Origin: Savitreella phatthalungensis
Taxonomy: Eukaryota
Direction of reading: 5' to 3'
Assembly (NCBI GenBank): GCA_051599415.1
Contig: AP039691.1
Span: 372,001 to 436,000 of the forward strand
Length of the DNA: 64,000 nt
A program made the translations under genes and the position numbers. The notes below the pieces were generated by a model. That model was given only the letters and a program-made list of their open reading frames with translations. It had not been told where the DNA came from and did no database searches. How positions within the stretch are numbered: the first letter of the stretch is position 1; every line of letters begins with the position of its first letter. Below, piece by piece: positions 21,255 to 32,560 of the stretch.

Positions 21255-22682
21255 ATGGCTCCCAAGCAGCTCATCCTCAATGCCTTTGATATGGCCTGTA
21301 TTGGCCACCAGAGTCCAGGTCAGTGGCGTAAAACAGGTGACCGGTCGCCAGACTACAAGGACATCGACTACTGGACCAACCTCGCAAAACTGCTCGAGCG
21401 CGGCAAAATTCATGCGGTGTTCATCGCTGATGTGCTTGGCTCATACGATGTGTACAACGGCAGCATCGACCCTGCCATTCGTTCTGCCGCACAGTTCCCC
21501 GTACACGACCCATTCTACGGCGTCATGGCAATGGCCACAGTGACAAAGCACCTTACCTTTGGTGTCACATCCTCCACGACATACGAGCAGCCTTTCCACC
21601 TCGCACGTCGCTTCAGCACCCTCGATCACTTGACGAAGGGTCGTATTGGCTGGAACGTCGTCACCTCGTACCTCGACTCGGCCGCTCGCAATCTCGGACT
21701 GGGAGAGAACCAAATTCCGCACGACAAGCGATATGAGATGGCCGATGAGTACATGACCGTCGTCTACAAGCTGTGGGAGCAATCTTGGGAAGAGGACGCG
21801 GTGATCCGGGACGCGAAGAACGACGTCTTCACCAACCCAAAAAAGATCCACCGTATCAACCACAAGGGCGAGTACTTCACCGTCCCCGGACCTCACCTCG
21901 CCGAGCCTTCGCCTCAGCGGACCCCTGTCATCTACCAGGCAGGTACCTCCGGACCCGGAAAGCGATTCGCTGCAAAGCACGCAGAAGCCATCTTTGTCAG
22001 CGGCAATAATCCAGAGGAGCTCGCGCCTCACGTGGCAGAGGTACGTAAGCTTGCTGCCGAGCTTGGTCGCGACCCTGCCAGCGTCAAGGTCATCACCTTG
22101 CTCGGCACGGTGATTGGAGACACAGAGGAGGAGGCAAAGGCAAAGTACGATGACTACAAGCAATACGCGTCAGAGGAGGGCGCACTGGCGCTCTTTGGCG
22201 GCTGGACAGGCGTCGACTTGTCCAAGTACCCGCTCGACGAGGAGCTCAAGCTGACAGCAGCTGGCTCAAACGCCATCCAGAGTGCGCTCGAGCGCTGGTC
22301 ACAGGCCGCTCCTGGTGTCGAGAAATGGACACCGCGTACGGTCGGGAAGCACATCGCCATCGGTGGCCTCGGTCCAACGATTGTGGGTACTGCAGAGCAG
22401 GTGGCAGACGAGATGCAGCGATGGGTTGACATTGCCGACGTTGACGGCTTCAATCTGTCGTACGTCGCCAACCCGGGCACGTTCGAGGACATTGTGGACA
22501 AGCTCGTGCCGGTCCTCCAGGACAGAGGCGTATTCCAGCGTGACTACGTCGGCACCACCATGCGTGAGTCCATCAACGGCCACCCTGGAGATGGCCGTCT
22601 TAACAAGGACCACCCAGCTCACAAGATCATCGCTGACCGGATCCCGAATCCAGCACCTCAGACGAACGGCAAGGCCAAGTAG
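21255..22682 (+). CDS. Luciferase-like FMNH2-dependent monooxygenase, LadA/DszA/NtaA/DmoA family
   Basis: LNAFDM.C.GH..G.WR, LLERGK..A.F.AD, ARRFSTLDHLTKGRIGWNVVTS and PGPHL.EPSPQRTPVIYQAG motifs. Intronless; ATG at 21255. Confidence 0.95.
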   Translation: MAPKQLILNAFDMACIGHQSPGQWRKTGDRSPDYKDIDYWTNLAKLLERGKIHAVFIADVLGSYDVYNGSIDPAIRSAAQFPVHDPFYGVMAMATVTKHLTFGVTSSTTYEQPFHLARRFSTLDHLTKGRIGWNVVTSYLDSAARNLGLGENQIPHDKRYEMADEYMTVVYKLWEQSWEEDAVIRDAKNDVFTNPKKIHRINHKGEYFTVPGPHLAEPSPQRTPVIYQAGTSGPGKRFAAKHAEAIFVSGNNPEELAPHVAEVRKLAAELGRDPASVKVITLLGTVIGDTEEEAKAKYDDYKQYASEEGALALFGGWTGVDLSKYPLDEELKLTAAGSNAIQSALERWSQAAPGVEKWTPRTVGKHIAIGGLGPTIVGTAEQVADEMQRWVDIADVDGFNLSYVANPGTFEDIVDKLVPVLQDRGVFQRDYVGTTMRESINGHPGDGRLNKDHPAHKIIADRIPNPAPQTNGKAK

Positions 22683-24168
22683 ATTTAAACCTCACCGGAA
22701 CTCACCGGAGGTACATCAGGCTAGTAGATATGGCCAGGCCATACGGTTCCCCTTCTATAAATAGATTTATCGCAGATTGAAGTGCATCGCAGCAAGCTGT
22801 AGCTCGAATCTTCCAACTCGCGGACGATTACTTGCTGGACTTTACCGCACTGTCCTGAACCTGCAGGACGGCAAAAGTATCATATCAAATCAAATTCATT
22901 TGGTGCCTGCAGGATGCATGTGATACATTCACAGGAGCTCGTTCAGCACGGGATTTGGCCGAATGGCAGCTTTCACGACATAATCTCCGAGGGACTTCTG
23001 AACAAAGGGAGCGCAAAGCCATGAAGAAAGGAGAGCCATGCAAGGGATTTCTTCGGACGTCGACTCATTCATTATGAAGTCATGTCCAGAGTTCAGAAAA
23101 GTGACTTTCATTTCCCCGATGATCCTATGCATAATGACGTTGCAAGAATGAAAGCAAGTCGTTCTATTGCAAATTCCTCAAGAATAGCAACAGCAAAGAC
23201 TCACAGTATGATTGTATTCTCGAGACCCGCCAGCTCCAGCGGACCGATGTTGATCCGCATTTATCCAGATTTTATGAATCAGCGGATCGCCGATGACAAC
23301 GAAGCTGTGTCGATCTTCCCATGAAATGTGTTTGCAAAGTTGAATTAGACGAATGCACGTAGTACTTTTGTAGAGAGAGAGCGAGGAAGAGAGAGTCTGT
23401 GACCGTGGGTCAGTCTCCAATGTCGAATTCATAGAGATCAAAAGAGATGTCAACCCATGCTGTCTTCGAGCTTCTACCAGATTGCTCTTCATCTAGACTT
23501 GAGCCTGCAACTGTCCATGAAATACGAGGACTGGATACAAGACCACCGCAAGCGGAAACATTAGAAATTGTAATCTCGGAGATTCCGATCGAGATCAAAA
23601 TCTGTCCTCTCAAGTTTCTCTTCCTGCACAATTATTCTGTCGAGCTTGCGCGGATCTAGAGGCTGTGTATTCTATTTACCAGAGACTCGGTCACAAAGTG
23701 AGACATCTTTTTCGGCCCGCTGCACAGCCGGCCTATCGCGGACGTGTGACATCCTGCTATCAAGCTGGATGATATACGGGTCATCTGTCACACGAGCCAC
23801 AGACTCAAGCTAGTTTAGACATAATCAACGGTTAAGGAGCTCGAGTCGAGCTCAATGTCGGCTCTCGAAATCTTAGAAATTGACCGCCTAGTCTTTGACG
23901 GTTGATGCCTGACAGCCATTGACATGGGATCGTGCCGGCTAGACTGCCCGGTGTCACGCTGGACTGTCTCAGGGCGATGGATCCATATCCAGTGTAAGTG
24001 TAGATACGGCAGACTGCCGATCATGAAGTTGCAAGGTCAAGGAATTGATCGATCGATCGATCAATTCATCAAAGTCTAGAGCTGCGAGAGGTACACTTGA
24101 AATCTCACGGCAAGGTGAGACTCAGGCACAAACCATGCACAGAGACACACGACAGCTGTATTCGACTT

Positions 24169-24212
24169 GACTCAGCGTCTGCAGACTAAGGACTCAGCGT
24201 CTGCACACTAAG
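24169..24212. repeat. 22-bp tandem duplication; first copy completes a TGACTCA site
   Basis: gactcagcgtctgcagactaag / gactcagcgtctgcacactaag (1 mismatch). Confidence 0.85.
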
Positions 24213-25214
24213 GGCGAATGAAGAGTGGATGTCTGAGTCTTCCCGTTAAATTTGATCGGACATGTAATAAAAAGACCGAGTATTTCCAAATGTTCCTGGA
24301 AGCCATCAATCTCCACCAATTTCCATAAGGTTCACCTTCTTCAGTTATCATCTCCTGGTTTTCACCCTTAACCCCTTGGAAAAGCCTCCTTGGTATCCTC
24401 GACAGTCTATATATACACTACCAGGATATGCTGAAATTAGGTCGACTCTTTGACACTCTTCAGCTACGATTTTCTCTGAAGCCACCTCATCGAATTGCTC
24501 GGCTGTGGCTTTTCCAAACAGGCCAAGGTCAAGGTCGCCAAGAACTGTCTTTTTCCAATGACTCTCGAACGCGAGGGTGAGATCCTTCCGGCCAAGATAA
24601 CTCGGTCTTCCTCATGCATGGTGCGGTCAGTGGAGCCCTCGCGCGAGAAGTCAGATTTACTCGCATATGAGCGCTACTCATTTCCCATCTTCTTTTCTTA
24701 GCAGCACAAAGGTCGTGGAGTTCTAAGGAGCTGTGCTCCAGGCGCCTGTATTCTACCTTCTCTTTCTCGCTCTGTGCATCTGTGTGTTTGAATATCTCTC
24801 TTCATGGCATCGTGGCCACGCAGACCGCATGCTGGCTTGGAGTTTGGTCGGGCTTGCCAATCGATCCGACCTTGACAGGGCACTCTCCGGAGACTGGCGA
24901 GATGCTTTGGCAGGACCGTCAACGGTTCTGTCGGGCCAGGACCCAGTCTCGCATCCAACCTACCTACCGCCTTTCCGATGGCCGTAAGCTTTGTATAAAG
25001 AACCCTCGGACCGCCCTCCACAACCGCTCCTCATCACACTCTCTCTGACAATCTCTTCAACACTACCTTCGGGCACCACTCTCAAGCTTCCGCTCTCCTT
25101 CTTTTACGAGCCAAGCACCTACAGCAAGACCGACAACTCTCTTTCGTCGCTTGCACACCACATTCCCTCTCAACAACACCGAGACAGACACTCTTTCGAG
25201 ACACAATAGACATT

Positions 25215-25895
25215 ATGCTCTTCAGCACCGTCCTCTCTCTAGCCTCATTGGCCGCCGCTGCCCCGGCCGTCGTCACCATCACCACCACCATCCAGGGTGG
25301 TGCCGCTGCCACACAGACTTCCACAGTCGCCAACACGGCAGCAACCTCTGCCGCCACCAACGGCCTCGCCTACGCCGCCGGCAACGGATACTACGCCCTC
25401 AAGATTGTCAACAACTGCAAGCAGACTATCTGGCCTGGACTCGGCCAGGTGTCGACCTCGCCGGCCAAGCTCTCTGACGCAGACTCTGGTTTCGAGCTCG
25501 CCCAGGGCGCCTCGAAGGTACTTCACGTGCCTACCAACTGGGTTGCTGGACGTGTCTTTGCCCGCACTGGCTGCACCGGCTCTGGCTCTTCCTTCTCCTG
25601 CACCTCCGGCTCGTGCTCCAGCGGCCTTGCCTGCTCCTCTACCTCCGGCGTGCCAAACCTCTCGCTCGCCGAGTTCTCATACTCCGACATGGACATGATC
25701 TTCTACAACCTCTCTCTCGACTCTGGCTACAACCTCCCGATCCAGATCACACCCACAGACGCCAAGTGCCTCACCTACACCTGCGGCTCAAAGGACTGCT
25801 CTGACGAGCAGGCCTACCAGCCATGGTCATCGAAGAACCCGTGCATGGGATGCTCCAAGTCATCCTCCTACACGGTCACCTTCTGCCCGGCATAA
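25215..25895 (+). CDS. Secreted small thaumatin-like (PR-5) protein
   Basis: Signal peptide, then I.NNC..TIWPG, W.AGRVFARTGC, SLAEF, GYNLPI.I.P and YTVTFCP. Confidence 0.92.
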   Translation: MLFSTVLSLASLAAAAPAVVTITTTIQGGAAATQTSTVANTAATSAATNGLAYAAGNGYYALKIVNNCKQTIWPGLGQVSTSPAKLSDADSGFELAQGASKVLHVPTNWVAGRVFARTGCTGSGSSFSCTSGSCSSGLACSSTSGVPNLSLAEFSYSDMDMIFYNLSLDSGYNLPIQITPTDAKCLTYTCGSKDCSDEQAYQPWSSKNPCMGCSKSSSYTVTFCPA

Positions 25896-26425
25896 GGTCT
25901 TCCTCAAAATTGAGTCGTATATTCTTCCCACTTCCTTTTTTCTTTCCTATTCGACGACCCATCAAAAATTCGCCCCTTTCACCTACGCCAGCCGATACTC
26001 GGTCGTGGAATGCTTGGCACGAAGTCTTTGGCACATTCTCAGATACCATGACCCCGTTCGCCAAGCATTCCGATCCTCGCCCGATTCACCTCACTCGAAG
26101 TGCGTCCATGCAGTTGGACAGTCCGAATTATCGCCGGCCATTGCTGCTATATGTACAGCTGAGACTTATACCTTTTTGTCATCTACATTTTTCATCCTCG
26201 CTTCCGCCTCATGACCAACCAAAACAACCCGCTGACGACACACCAACAACACCTTCACTTCCTTTCGACCATGTCCATTCTTCAGAACATCCCTTTGTAG
26301 GATAGGTAGACGGAGATTAGCTAGTCTTGGCTATGCTCCATTGAATCCTTCTCACCTCAATTGGCTAGTCATGTGATCGTGCAATATTCATCATATCGAC
26401 CGTGATGGTGGCTGCTCGATGCACA

Positions 26426-28168
26426 TCATGGCGTTTCCGTCGTGGACGCTGCGATCGGCGCGTCTGACATGTCGCTGACCTGGCCGTCTGACGGGGCAGT
26501 CGCTGCCGTCGTGATACTTGTGGTGGCGGCATCGACAAGCTCCTGCTTGACCTCTTGCACGTCCGCTCCCACGACTGAGGTTTCTCCAGCTTCCGGCTTG
26601 TCGACAACGTCAATCGACTGTCGTCCTTTCTTCTGAGCCTTCGCCCACCGCATCCCACAGCTATTGCATGCAGCATTCACACCAGACGGACCCTTCCGGC
26701 GCATCACCGTCTCAGACCGACCGCACATCTCGCACGACCAACCGACCGGTACGTGGTGGTGCCGCCTGGACTTTGCATCCTTGCTGTTGCTATCGGGAAT
26801 CCGGCCTCCTGGCGTCGTCTGCGCGTTGCTCTCGTCCTCTGCGGCAGGATCATTCGGCTCCTGCTGGCTCGGAAGCGGTGCAGATGGCTCCGCCGTGGCT
26901 GCGCTCATGGCCGGCGTGACAGGTGGCTGCGCTGCTGCAGGTGCGGTGACCATGTCGCTGGCAGTATTTGGGGTCTTCACATCCGGCTGCTCGGCCGATG
27001 GACGCTTCGGGGTCTCCAGCGTGCTATCTGCGGTGATGATCGCAGACTTCCGTCGCCTCCGAGGAGTTTTTACAGGGCGAGGCGTTTCATCAGCCGGCAA
27101 GCCAGTCTGATCGCCATCAGCACCTGCTGCTGCAGTGCTGGGCGATTGCGCGCGAGGCTTGCGCGGTCTAGATGGGCGCTGCTGATAGACCTTCGGTGGC
27201 GGTGGTGGAGGTACAGACTCATCTGGTGCCGGCTCCAAATTTTCAAGGTCGATCGGCTCGACCGCCAGAACTCGGGAAGGGATCTTTGGGGGATTGTTGC
27301 CATCGTCCTCTGAAGAATCCTTCACAGAGTCAATGTCCTGCAAATAGGCCGTCAGGGTATCTAGAACCTGTGTACGTGTGCTCTGATCGTGAGTTGCGTC
27401 TATCGTCAACTGCACGTGAATAGATGCGCGCCCTGGTGTTCTTCCACCAATGACCTGTGCTGTGAAAATAATTGGCCCACTCGTCGAGTCCGATGCGGTG
27501 AGCATGAGCCCATATCGAGGCATTGATATGAACTTGCCTCCAGTGCGTAGCTGCATTGCGAGAGTCTCCGTCACCTGGACTTCAGGTTCTGCTGCCGCCG
27601 GCGCAGTTACTGTGACATCACTGATCGACGCTGCAGGCATCTGTTGCGAAGACTCTTCAGCTGCCAACTTCTGCTCTGTGAGCTCTCCTTCCGACTGCTT
27701 CTGCTCGGCCTCTGTAGGCTGTTTGACTGTCTCTACAGCCTCTACGGTCTCTGATTCGCTTTGTGCTTGTGTGAGTCGTTGAGGTTCAGATTGAGCATCA
27801 GCAGGAGCATCTGTTCTTGCCGTCTCTTCAGCCTCCTGTGCTTCTCCTGTGGTTTGAACAGAGGCTGTCGATGTGTCGGCCACTGCGGCCGGCGCTGGCT
27901 GAACTGTTTTCGTGGTTGTGATCTTCAGTAATCTGGCCTCCTCGAAGTGATGCGGCCCAATCTGAGCTGCGCAGTTGGCGACGACGGAGATGATCTCTGT
28001 AGCGTCTTCATCAGCTCCAGGATGCAAATCGAAGAGCTGTCCCTGAAGTAAGCAAAGGCGCGATCTCCAAAGCTTGCGCTGTAATTCCGAACCCCTGGTA
28101 GCGGCTTCATGAAAGACCGCTAGCTCACGCTTGCCTTGACCCCCACGCTTCCGTTTGACACCAGACAT
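26426..28168 (-). CDS. GATA-type zinc-finger protein
   Basis: C-X2-C-X18-C-X2-C finger (CEMCGRSETVMRRKGPSGVNAACNSCG..W) near the C-terminus and an N-terminal basic NLS (KRKR). Confidence 0.85.
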   Translation of the reverse strand: MSGVKRKRGGQGKRELAVFHEAATRGSELQRKLWRSRLCLLQGQLFDLHPGADEDATEIISVVANCAAQIGPHHFEEARLLKITTTKTVQPAPAAVADTSTASVQTTGEAQEAEETARTDAPADAQSEPQRLTQAQSESETVEAVETVKQPTEAEQKQSEGELTEQKLAAEESSQQMPAASISDVTVTAPAAAEPEVQVTETLAMQLRTGGKFISMPRYGLMLTASDSTSGPIIFTAQVIGGRTPGRASIHVQLTIDATHDQSTRTQVLDTLTAYLQDIDSVKDSSEDDGNNPPKIPSRVLAVEPIDLENLEPAPDESVPPPPPPKVYQQRPSRPRKPRAQSPSTAAAGADGDQTGLPADETPRPVKTPRRRRKSAIITADSTLETPKRPSAEQPDVKTPNTASDMVTAPAAAQPPVTPAMSAATAEPSAPLPSQQEPNDPAAEDESNAQTTPGGRIPDSNSKDAKSRRHHHVPVGWSCEMCGRSETVMRRKGPSGVNAACNSCGMRWAKAQKKGRQSIDVVDKPEAGETSVVGADVQEVKQELVDAATTSITTAATAPSDGQVSDMSDAPIAASTTETP

Positions 28169-28628
28169 GTGAGTCAACTTACAAGGAGGCTAGAGAGTGA
28201 AGCACAGGCCAAGGAAGTGGATCTCGCCGGTGGAAAGAGATGGTTCAGACAATCATGCAACGCGTCTTGAGGCTCGTTCAATTGGGTAACACATCGAGTA
28301 CTCATATGTATGTATGTAGATACTCATATCATGAGACACGTGACCTGACTCGGCCTCATCGATTTCGAGTGATCTTTGTGGTATACAGTGGTAGTACAAC
28401 ACTGCATTTCAGAGAATTTCTGTTGGTTGAATTGTCCGGAATTTGCTCATACATACACGTGCAGCTTCAAGCAGTACTGATCACTTAAGTTTGATTTTAA
28501 TATGTGCAGCTAGAGGATATTTCACGTCGATTGCACCCAGAGCAGATCGAGTTCTGGGGAATCCACTAAGCTCACAGTATTGCTTAAGCACGGATCAATC
28601 ACTCCACATATCCTTCACTAATTCCGTT

Positions 28629-28669
28629 CACTCCACTCCACTCCACTCCACCCCACCACATCACATCAC
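28629..28669. repeat. (CACTC)n / (CACAT)n pentamer microsatellite
   Basis: cactccactccactccactccaccccaccacatcacatcac. Confidence 0.8.
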
Positions 28670-28786
28670 AGAGTCTGCCAGTCACCGTAGCGTCATTCTT
28701 GATACAGACTCGCTAGACATCAGCTTCAAAAGGGGCAAGGTATCTGCTTATTCCATTTACATTACACTCTTCGAGATTGATTCAGC

Positions 28787-29362
28787 ATGGTCTCAAAGCT
28801 CACCCAATCGAGTGAAAGCCTGACACTTGAAGCTGCTCGTCTAATCGCAGCTGCAGTGGAAGCAAAGTCGAGACAAATCGGTGTTCCTATGAACATTGCT
28901 ATTGTCGATGCTCATACCCATCTCCTTCACTTCAACCGGATGGAAGGTGCGAAAGTGACAAGGTAAGCTAGTCCACCCCGGATCATTCCTGATCACTTGC
29001 TAATCATTCAGCATTGCCATCGCTATCGACAAGGCCTTCACCGCAGCAGGTCACAAGGTTCCTACCCACATGTACAAGGACGCAGTCTGGCCCGGTATGA
29101 GAACAAACCCCATCTGCGGTAAATTTGAACATTTCAACTGACCACCGTCCTAGGCGGCCCGGCATTTGGCATCAACTGGTCCAACGGCGGTAGATTCCAG
29201 ACAATAGGCGGAGGCTTGCCCATCAAAGATGCAGCAGGTAACGTGGTTGGTGCAGTGGGCTGCTCCACAGGTACTCCAGCACAGGACCTCGAGTGCTCCA
29301 CTGCAGGTCTCGAGGCCTTCAATAGGGCAGCAGGTCTCGGTGCAGTCAAGGCCAAGCTCTAA
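28787..29362 (+). CDS. GlcG/HbpS (DUF336) heme-binding family protein with PTS1; join(28787..28962,29012..29094,29154..29362)
   Basis: Not in the ORF track. Two canonical introns (GTAAGC..GCTAAT..CAG; GTATGA..ACTGAC..TAG). The spliced product reads MVSKL..VPMNIAIVD..RMEGAK.TSIAIAIDKAFTAA..GGGLPI..VVGAVGCS.GTPAQD..AKL*. Confidence 0.92.
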
Positions 29363-30602
29363 TTATACTAATATGCACAAGCTGTGTAGAGGAATGCACA
29401 GACAGTGTGCGCAGGGGGAACTAGAGGCGCGCTGTGTCTTGACTATACATGCCACATCTACCAACCACGACATCTGCTCATTTTGAGTTCAGTCGATGTC
29501 CAGACCCACCCAACTTGGCCAATCGCGAAAGTCATCGAGTTTGCAGCTTTGCAGGTCGTATGAGAACAATAACATTGTTTGACAATGAGGATGCGCTGGT
29601 TGCTGCTCAGATTCTATCTCATCGTGTCTCCAATCTGCTACAAACATGCCTGAAGATGGATACGAGCACTGTGATGAAGACTAATTCTGGCTGCTGGTCG
29701 CTGGCTGGCAAAATCTCTGCCAGACTTTGATAGTAACGACTGTCAGTCACAGACAGAGCACAGATTCCCGCATTGTGATAAGTGCCTAATAATCTTGATC
29801 ATCCCAAATAGGCGCGCAAAGGACCCTGTCCTGGCTATTGGGCTGCGGTTTCTTGCAGTTGCGTAGCTTCCCTGCGACTCGTTCTCAGCGTTTGAAATGC
29901 CCCACTGAGCGTTGAGCGGCAACTTTGCCGATTGACCAATGTCACGACTGTAACAAGTTCTTCGGAGGACATTAAGAAGGCATCTCTTTCAGTGCGGCCA
30001 CAGCTTCCCACACCGAGTCTGTTATTTCTTTGGAAGCGAATCATGTGTCAAAGTGGCGTTAGCCCGCTTCAGGCGAACAAAGAAATTCACGTCGATCAAT
30101 AGGGGCACAATGCAGCCACTTCAAGACACTTTACCTGAACCAAAGGTACCAAGACCTGCACACCTGACAATTAGCATGAGTCGTCCCTGATCACCCTCAC
30201 AGAGGCACGATGCAGCACCTTCGATTAGAATGCGCTAGACTGGTAGCCTTGAGAGGTGCCTTGATCCCAGTCTGCACCAACCAGGCGGCGCCTTTTTTAG
30301 CTCTCCATCTGGGGGCTGTCACTTGACGATATGCGGCAGGCATGAATGTATCAGGGTCAACTTGATAGCTGTTTAAGTCTGGCAGCAGGCGTGACCTGTT
30401 CGCTAGACGCGTTTTGCCGCTAATTGCATTAACGCTGCATGGGTCGCCCCACCAGCGACTGCCCCGCGCATATATCTGCACGTCTGCCTGACATCGGCTG
30501 GTCACAGGCATCGTCCATGGCAGTGTCCCTTCGAATATGAGACTGTCGGACTCTTGACTTGTGGTTCGTCCGTATCGACACCCGAGCTTCTGTATAAAAC
30601 CG

Positions 30603-32084
30603 ATGTCCATAGCTGCTGATAAGGAAGATCGAACGCTCTCGTGCGCGCCACAGGCAATTGACACAGCTCAACCACCGACGACATCACAAGCATCAATAGC
30701 GCGGTCTGGCAAAATCCCACTGACGATACATCCCGAGGACGCAAATAAGATGCTTTGCAGACGTAGCTACCACAGCGCTTTGAGTCCTGATTTGACGCCG
30801 ATCACGGCCTCGCCGGCCACGGCGTCGGTCTATTCGACAAGCAGGAGAGAGCGCCCTCTCAGCACGGACACCAGTCTGCCAATGTGCTCTCCATTCAATC
30901 CACACGCCTCGTTCGAGCTGGAAGGTAACGAATTCTTGAGGCTTTGCAATGCGGCGAACGAGATTCACAGACTGAGCTCGCCGCTCCTGACGCCAACATT
31001 ACCAGTCATCAGCTCGGGCAGGTCTCTTGGCGACGAGATAGGCATGTTGTACATGAACTCAAACTGCTCCACGTCCGCGAGGCCTCCGAGCATGCGTCCA
31101 GATTCGCCAACCTTTGACTTTGCATCGATGGCCGTCGATGCTGCGACGGAGAAGCATTGTCGGCTAGATGTAGAATCGCTCGTCCAGGCAACCCATCGGC
31201 GACAGAAGGAAGCAAGGCAGCGCAGCCTCCAGAGCAGAACGCAACAGCAGTACCAGCAAAAGCAAAGTGCTCTAGGCTTAGCCGAGAGACTGAACAGGGC
31301 ATGGTCAAATAACAATCAGAGCCGTGGGCCTGCGCGTGAGTCTGTCATGTCGACCCTGTCCATTCCCATCATGCTCGATCTGGGCACGAGCCTGCCCTCG
31401 ACGCCGCGAGAGCGAATAACTTTCGATGATAGGACCACACCAGATCTGACACCGTCCTCCACAAAGTCTGACGAGGACGAGGACGACGATGGTCAAGTCG
31501 AGACGATCGACACGCTTCCGGTCAGCCCTGAGCTCAAGCAGACTGAATTCACCACGCCTACCAAGAACTTGACTGCCTCATCATCGAGTCTCACAACCTT
31601 CAATTACTTTATCGCTGATGATAGTCAGGCACTACGCAAACCAAACGGCAAGCCGCCCCCGCGGATGGATTTTTCACGCCTCGCGTATGGCCCTTTGCCC
31701 GAGCTCGATGAGCCCGTCACACTCAGGGCAGTGTCTCGCAGGAGCACTGAACTGAGCAGCGTGGCTTCGATCGAGCTCAGTGATAGGCAGCAACGACGAC
31801 TCGATTCATCTTCATCATCACTGGTTTCTTCATCGAGCACCGGCGACTCTTTCGAAGCTATCCCGTCGTTCCTACAAACGCCACGCTCGGCCAGTGTCAA
31901 GCCTTTGCAAGCCGCTGTCCATCCTCGCGAAGCGCAACGAGCTAGCGGTATCAAGAAGACATTAGCGAATCTCAAGCTGCGGTCGTCTCATGCCGTGCCG
32001 GCAAAACCGGCGTCTCCGCGCTCCGCCGGCGAAGCCGCTGCTCAGGCAGCCGCAGCTACCAAACGCTTGTACGGCATGATATGA
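30603..32084 (+). CDS. Hypothetical Ser/Pro-rich disordered protein
   Basis: Long ORF of ~490 codons from the ATG at 30603, low complexity, no recognised domain. Confidence 0.7.
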   Translation: MSIAADKEDRTLSCAPQAIDTAQPPTTSQASIARSGKIPLTIHPEDANKMLCRRSYHSALSPDLTPITASPATASVYSTSRRERPLSTDTSLPMCSPFNPHASFELEGNEFLRLCNAANEIHRLSSPLLTPTLPVISSGRSLGDEIGMLYMNSNCSTSARPPSMRPDSPTFDFASMAVDAATEKHCRLDVESLVQATHRRQKEARQRSLQSRTQQQYQQKQSALGLAERLNRAWSNNNQSRGPARESVMSTLSIPIMLDLGTSLPSTPRERITFDDRTTPDLTPSSTKSDEDEDDDGQVETIDTLPVSPELKQTEFTTPTKNLTASSSSLTTFNYFIADDSQALRKPNGKPPPRMDFSRLAYGPLPELDEPVTLRAVSRRSTELSSVASIELSDRQQRRLDSSSSSLVSSSSTGDSFEAIPSFLQTPRSASVKPLQAAVHPREAQRASGIKKTLANLKLRSSHAVPAKPASPRSAGEAAAQAAAATKRLYGMI

Positions 32085-32209
32085 AGGAAAAGTTTTCGGT
32101 CAGCCGCGCCAAAGCCAGCTTCATTTCATGCGCGTCCTGCTGGCGAGCACGGCGAAAGCTTATAAATCGAGTCATTGATGCGCCTCGGATCTGCCAAATC
32201 TCATTCGAC

Positions 32210-32560
32210 ATGCTTTCCAAGGCTGCATTCTTCGGCATCATCGTCCTCAGCACGACCATTGCTGCCATACCAAGGCGCGACTTCAGCGGCAACAATGCCG
32301 TCAATGTGATCCAGAAGCGCTCACCGGAGGCCTTGCCACAAATTCGTATCAATGCACCAGCTCGTGCGCGTCCGGACGGCACTGTATCGCCCGGGGCACG
32401 CGTGAGCGTCAGCCCTTTCGGCGTGCGGATACGTCCTCCTGTGGGTGCACGTGCTGGCGCAGCGCCTTCGGTGTCGGTATCGCCGCTTACAGGCGTACGC
32501 GTCAGACCGCCAGTGAGGCCTCCAGCTGCTGCCGTCACAGCTCTCACGACAGCTCATTGA
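32210..32560 (+). CDS. Small secreted Arg/Pro-rich precursor protein (may extend to 32701)
   Basis: TATAAA at ~32161, signal peptide MLSKAAFFGIIVLSTTIA, and KR site at 32315-32320. The frame stays open past the TGA to 32701. Confidence 0.75.
   Translation: MLSKAAFFGIIVLSTTIAAIPRRDFSGNNAVNVIQKRSPEALPQIRINAPARARPDGTVSPGARVSVSPFGVRIRPPVGARAGAAPSVSVSPLTGVRVRPPVRPPAAAVTALTTAH

Noticed and set aside
21441..22163. 240-aa antisense ORF
   Set aside because: Shadow of the codon-biased monooxygenase gene.
22929..23631. Chain of short minus-strand ORFs, two in the same frame
   Set aside because: No recognisable domain or splice support; too weak to call a pseudogene.
24169..24212. Direct repeat as possible CRISPR or LTR
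   Set aside because: Two adjacent copies without a spacer in eukaryotic DNA; a simple tandem duplication.
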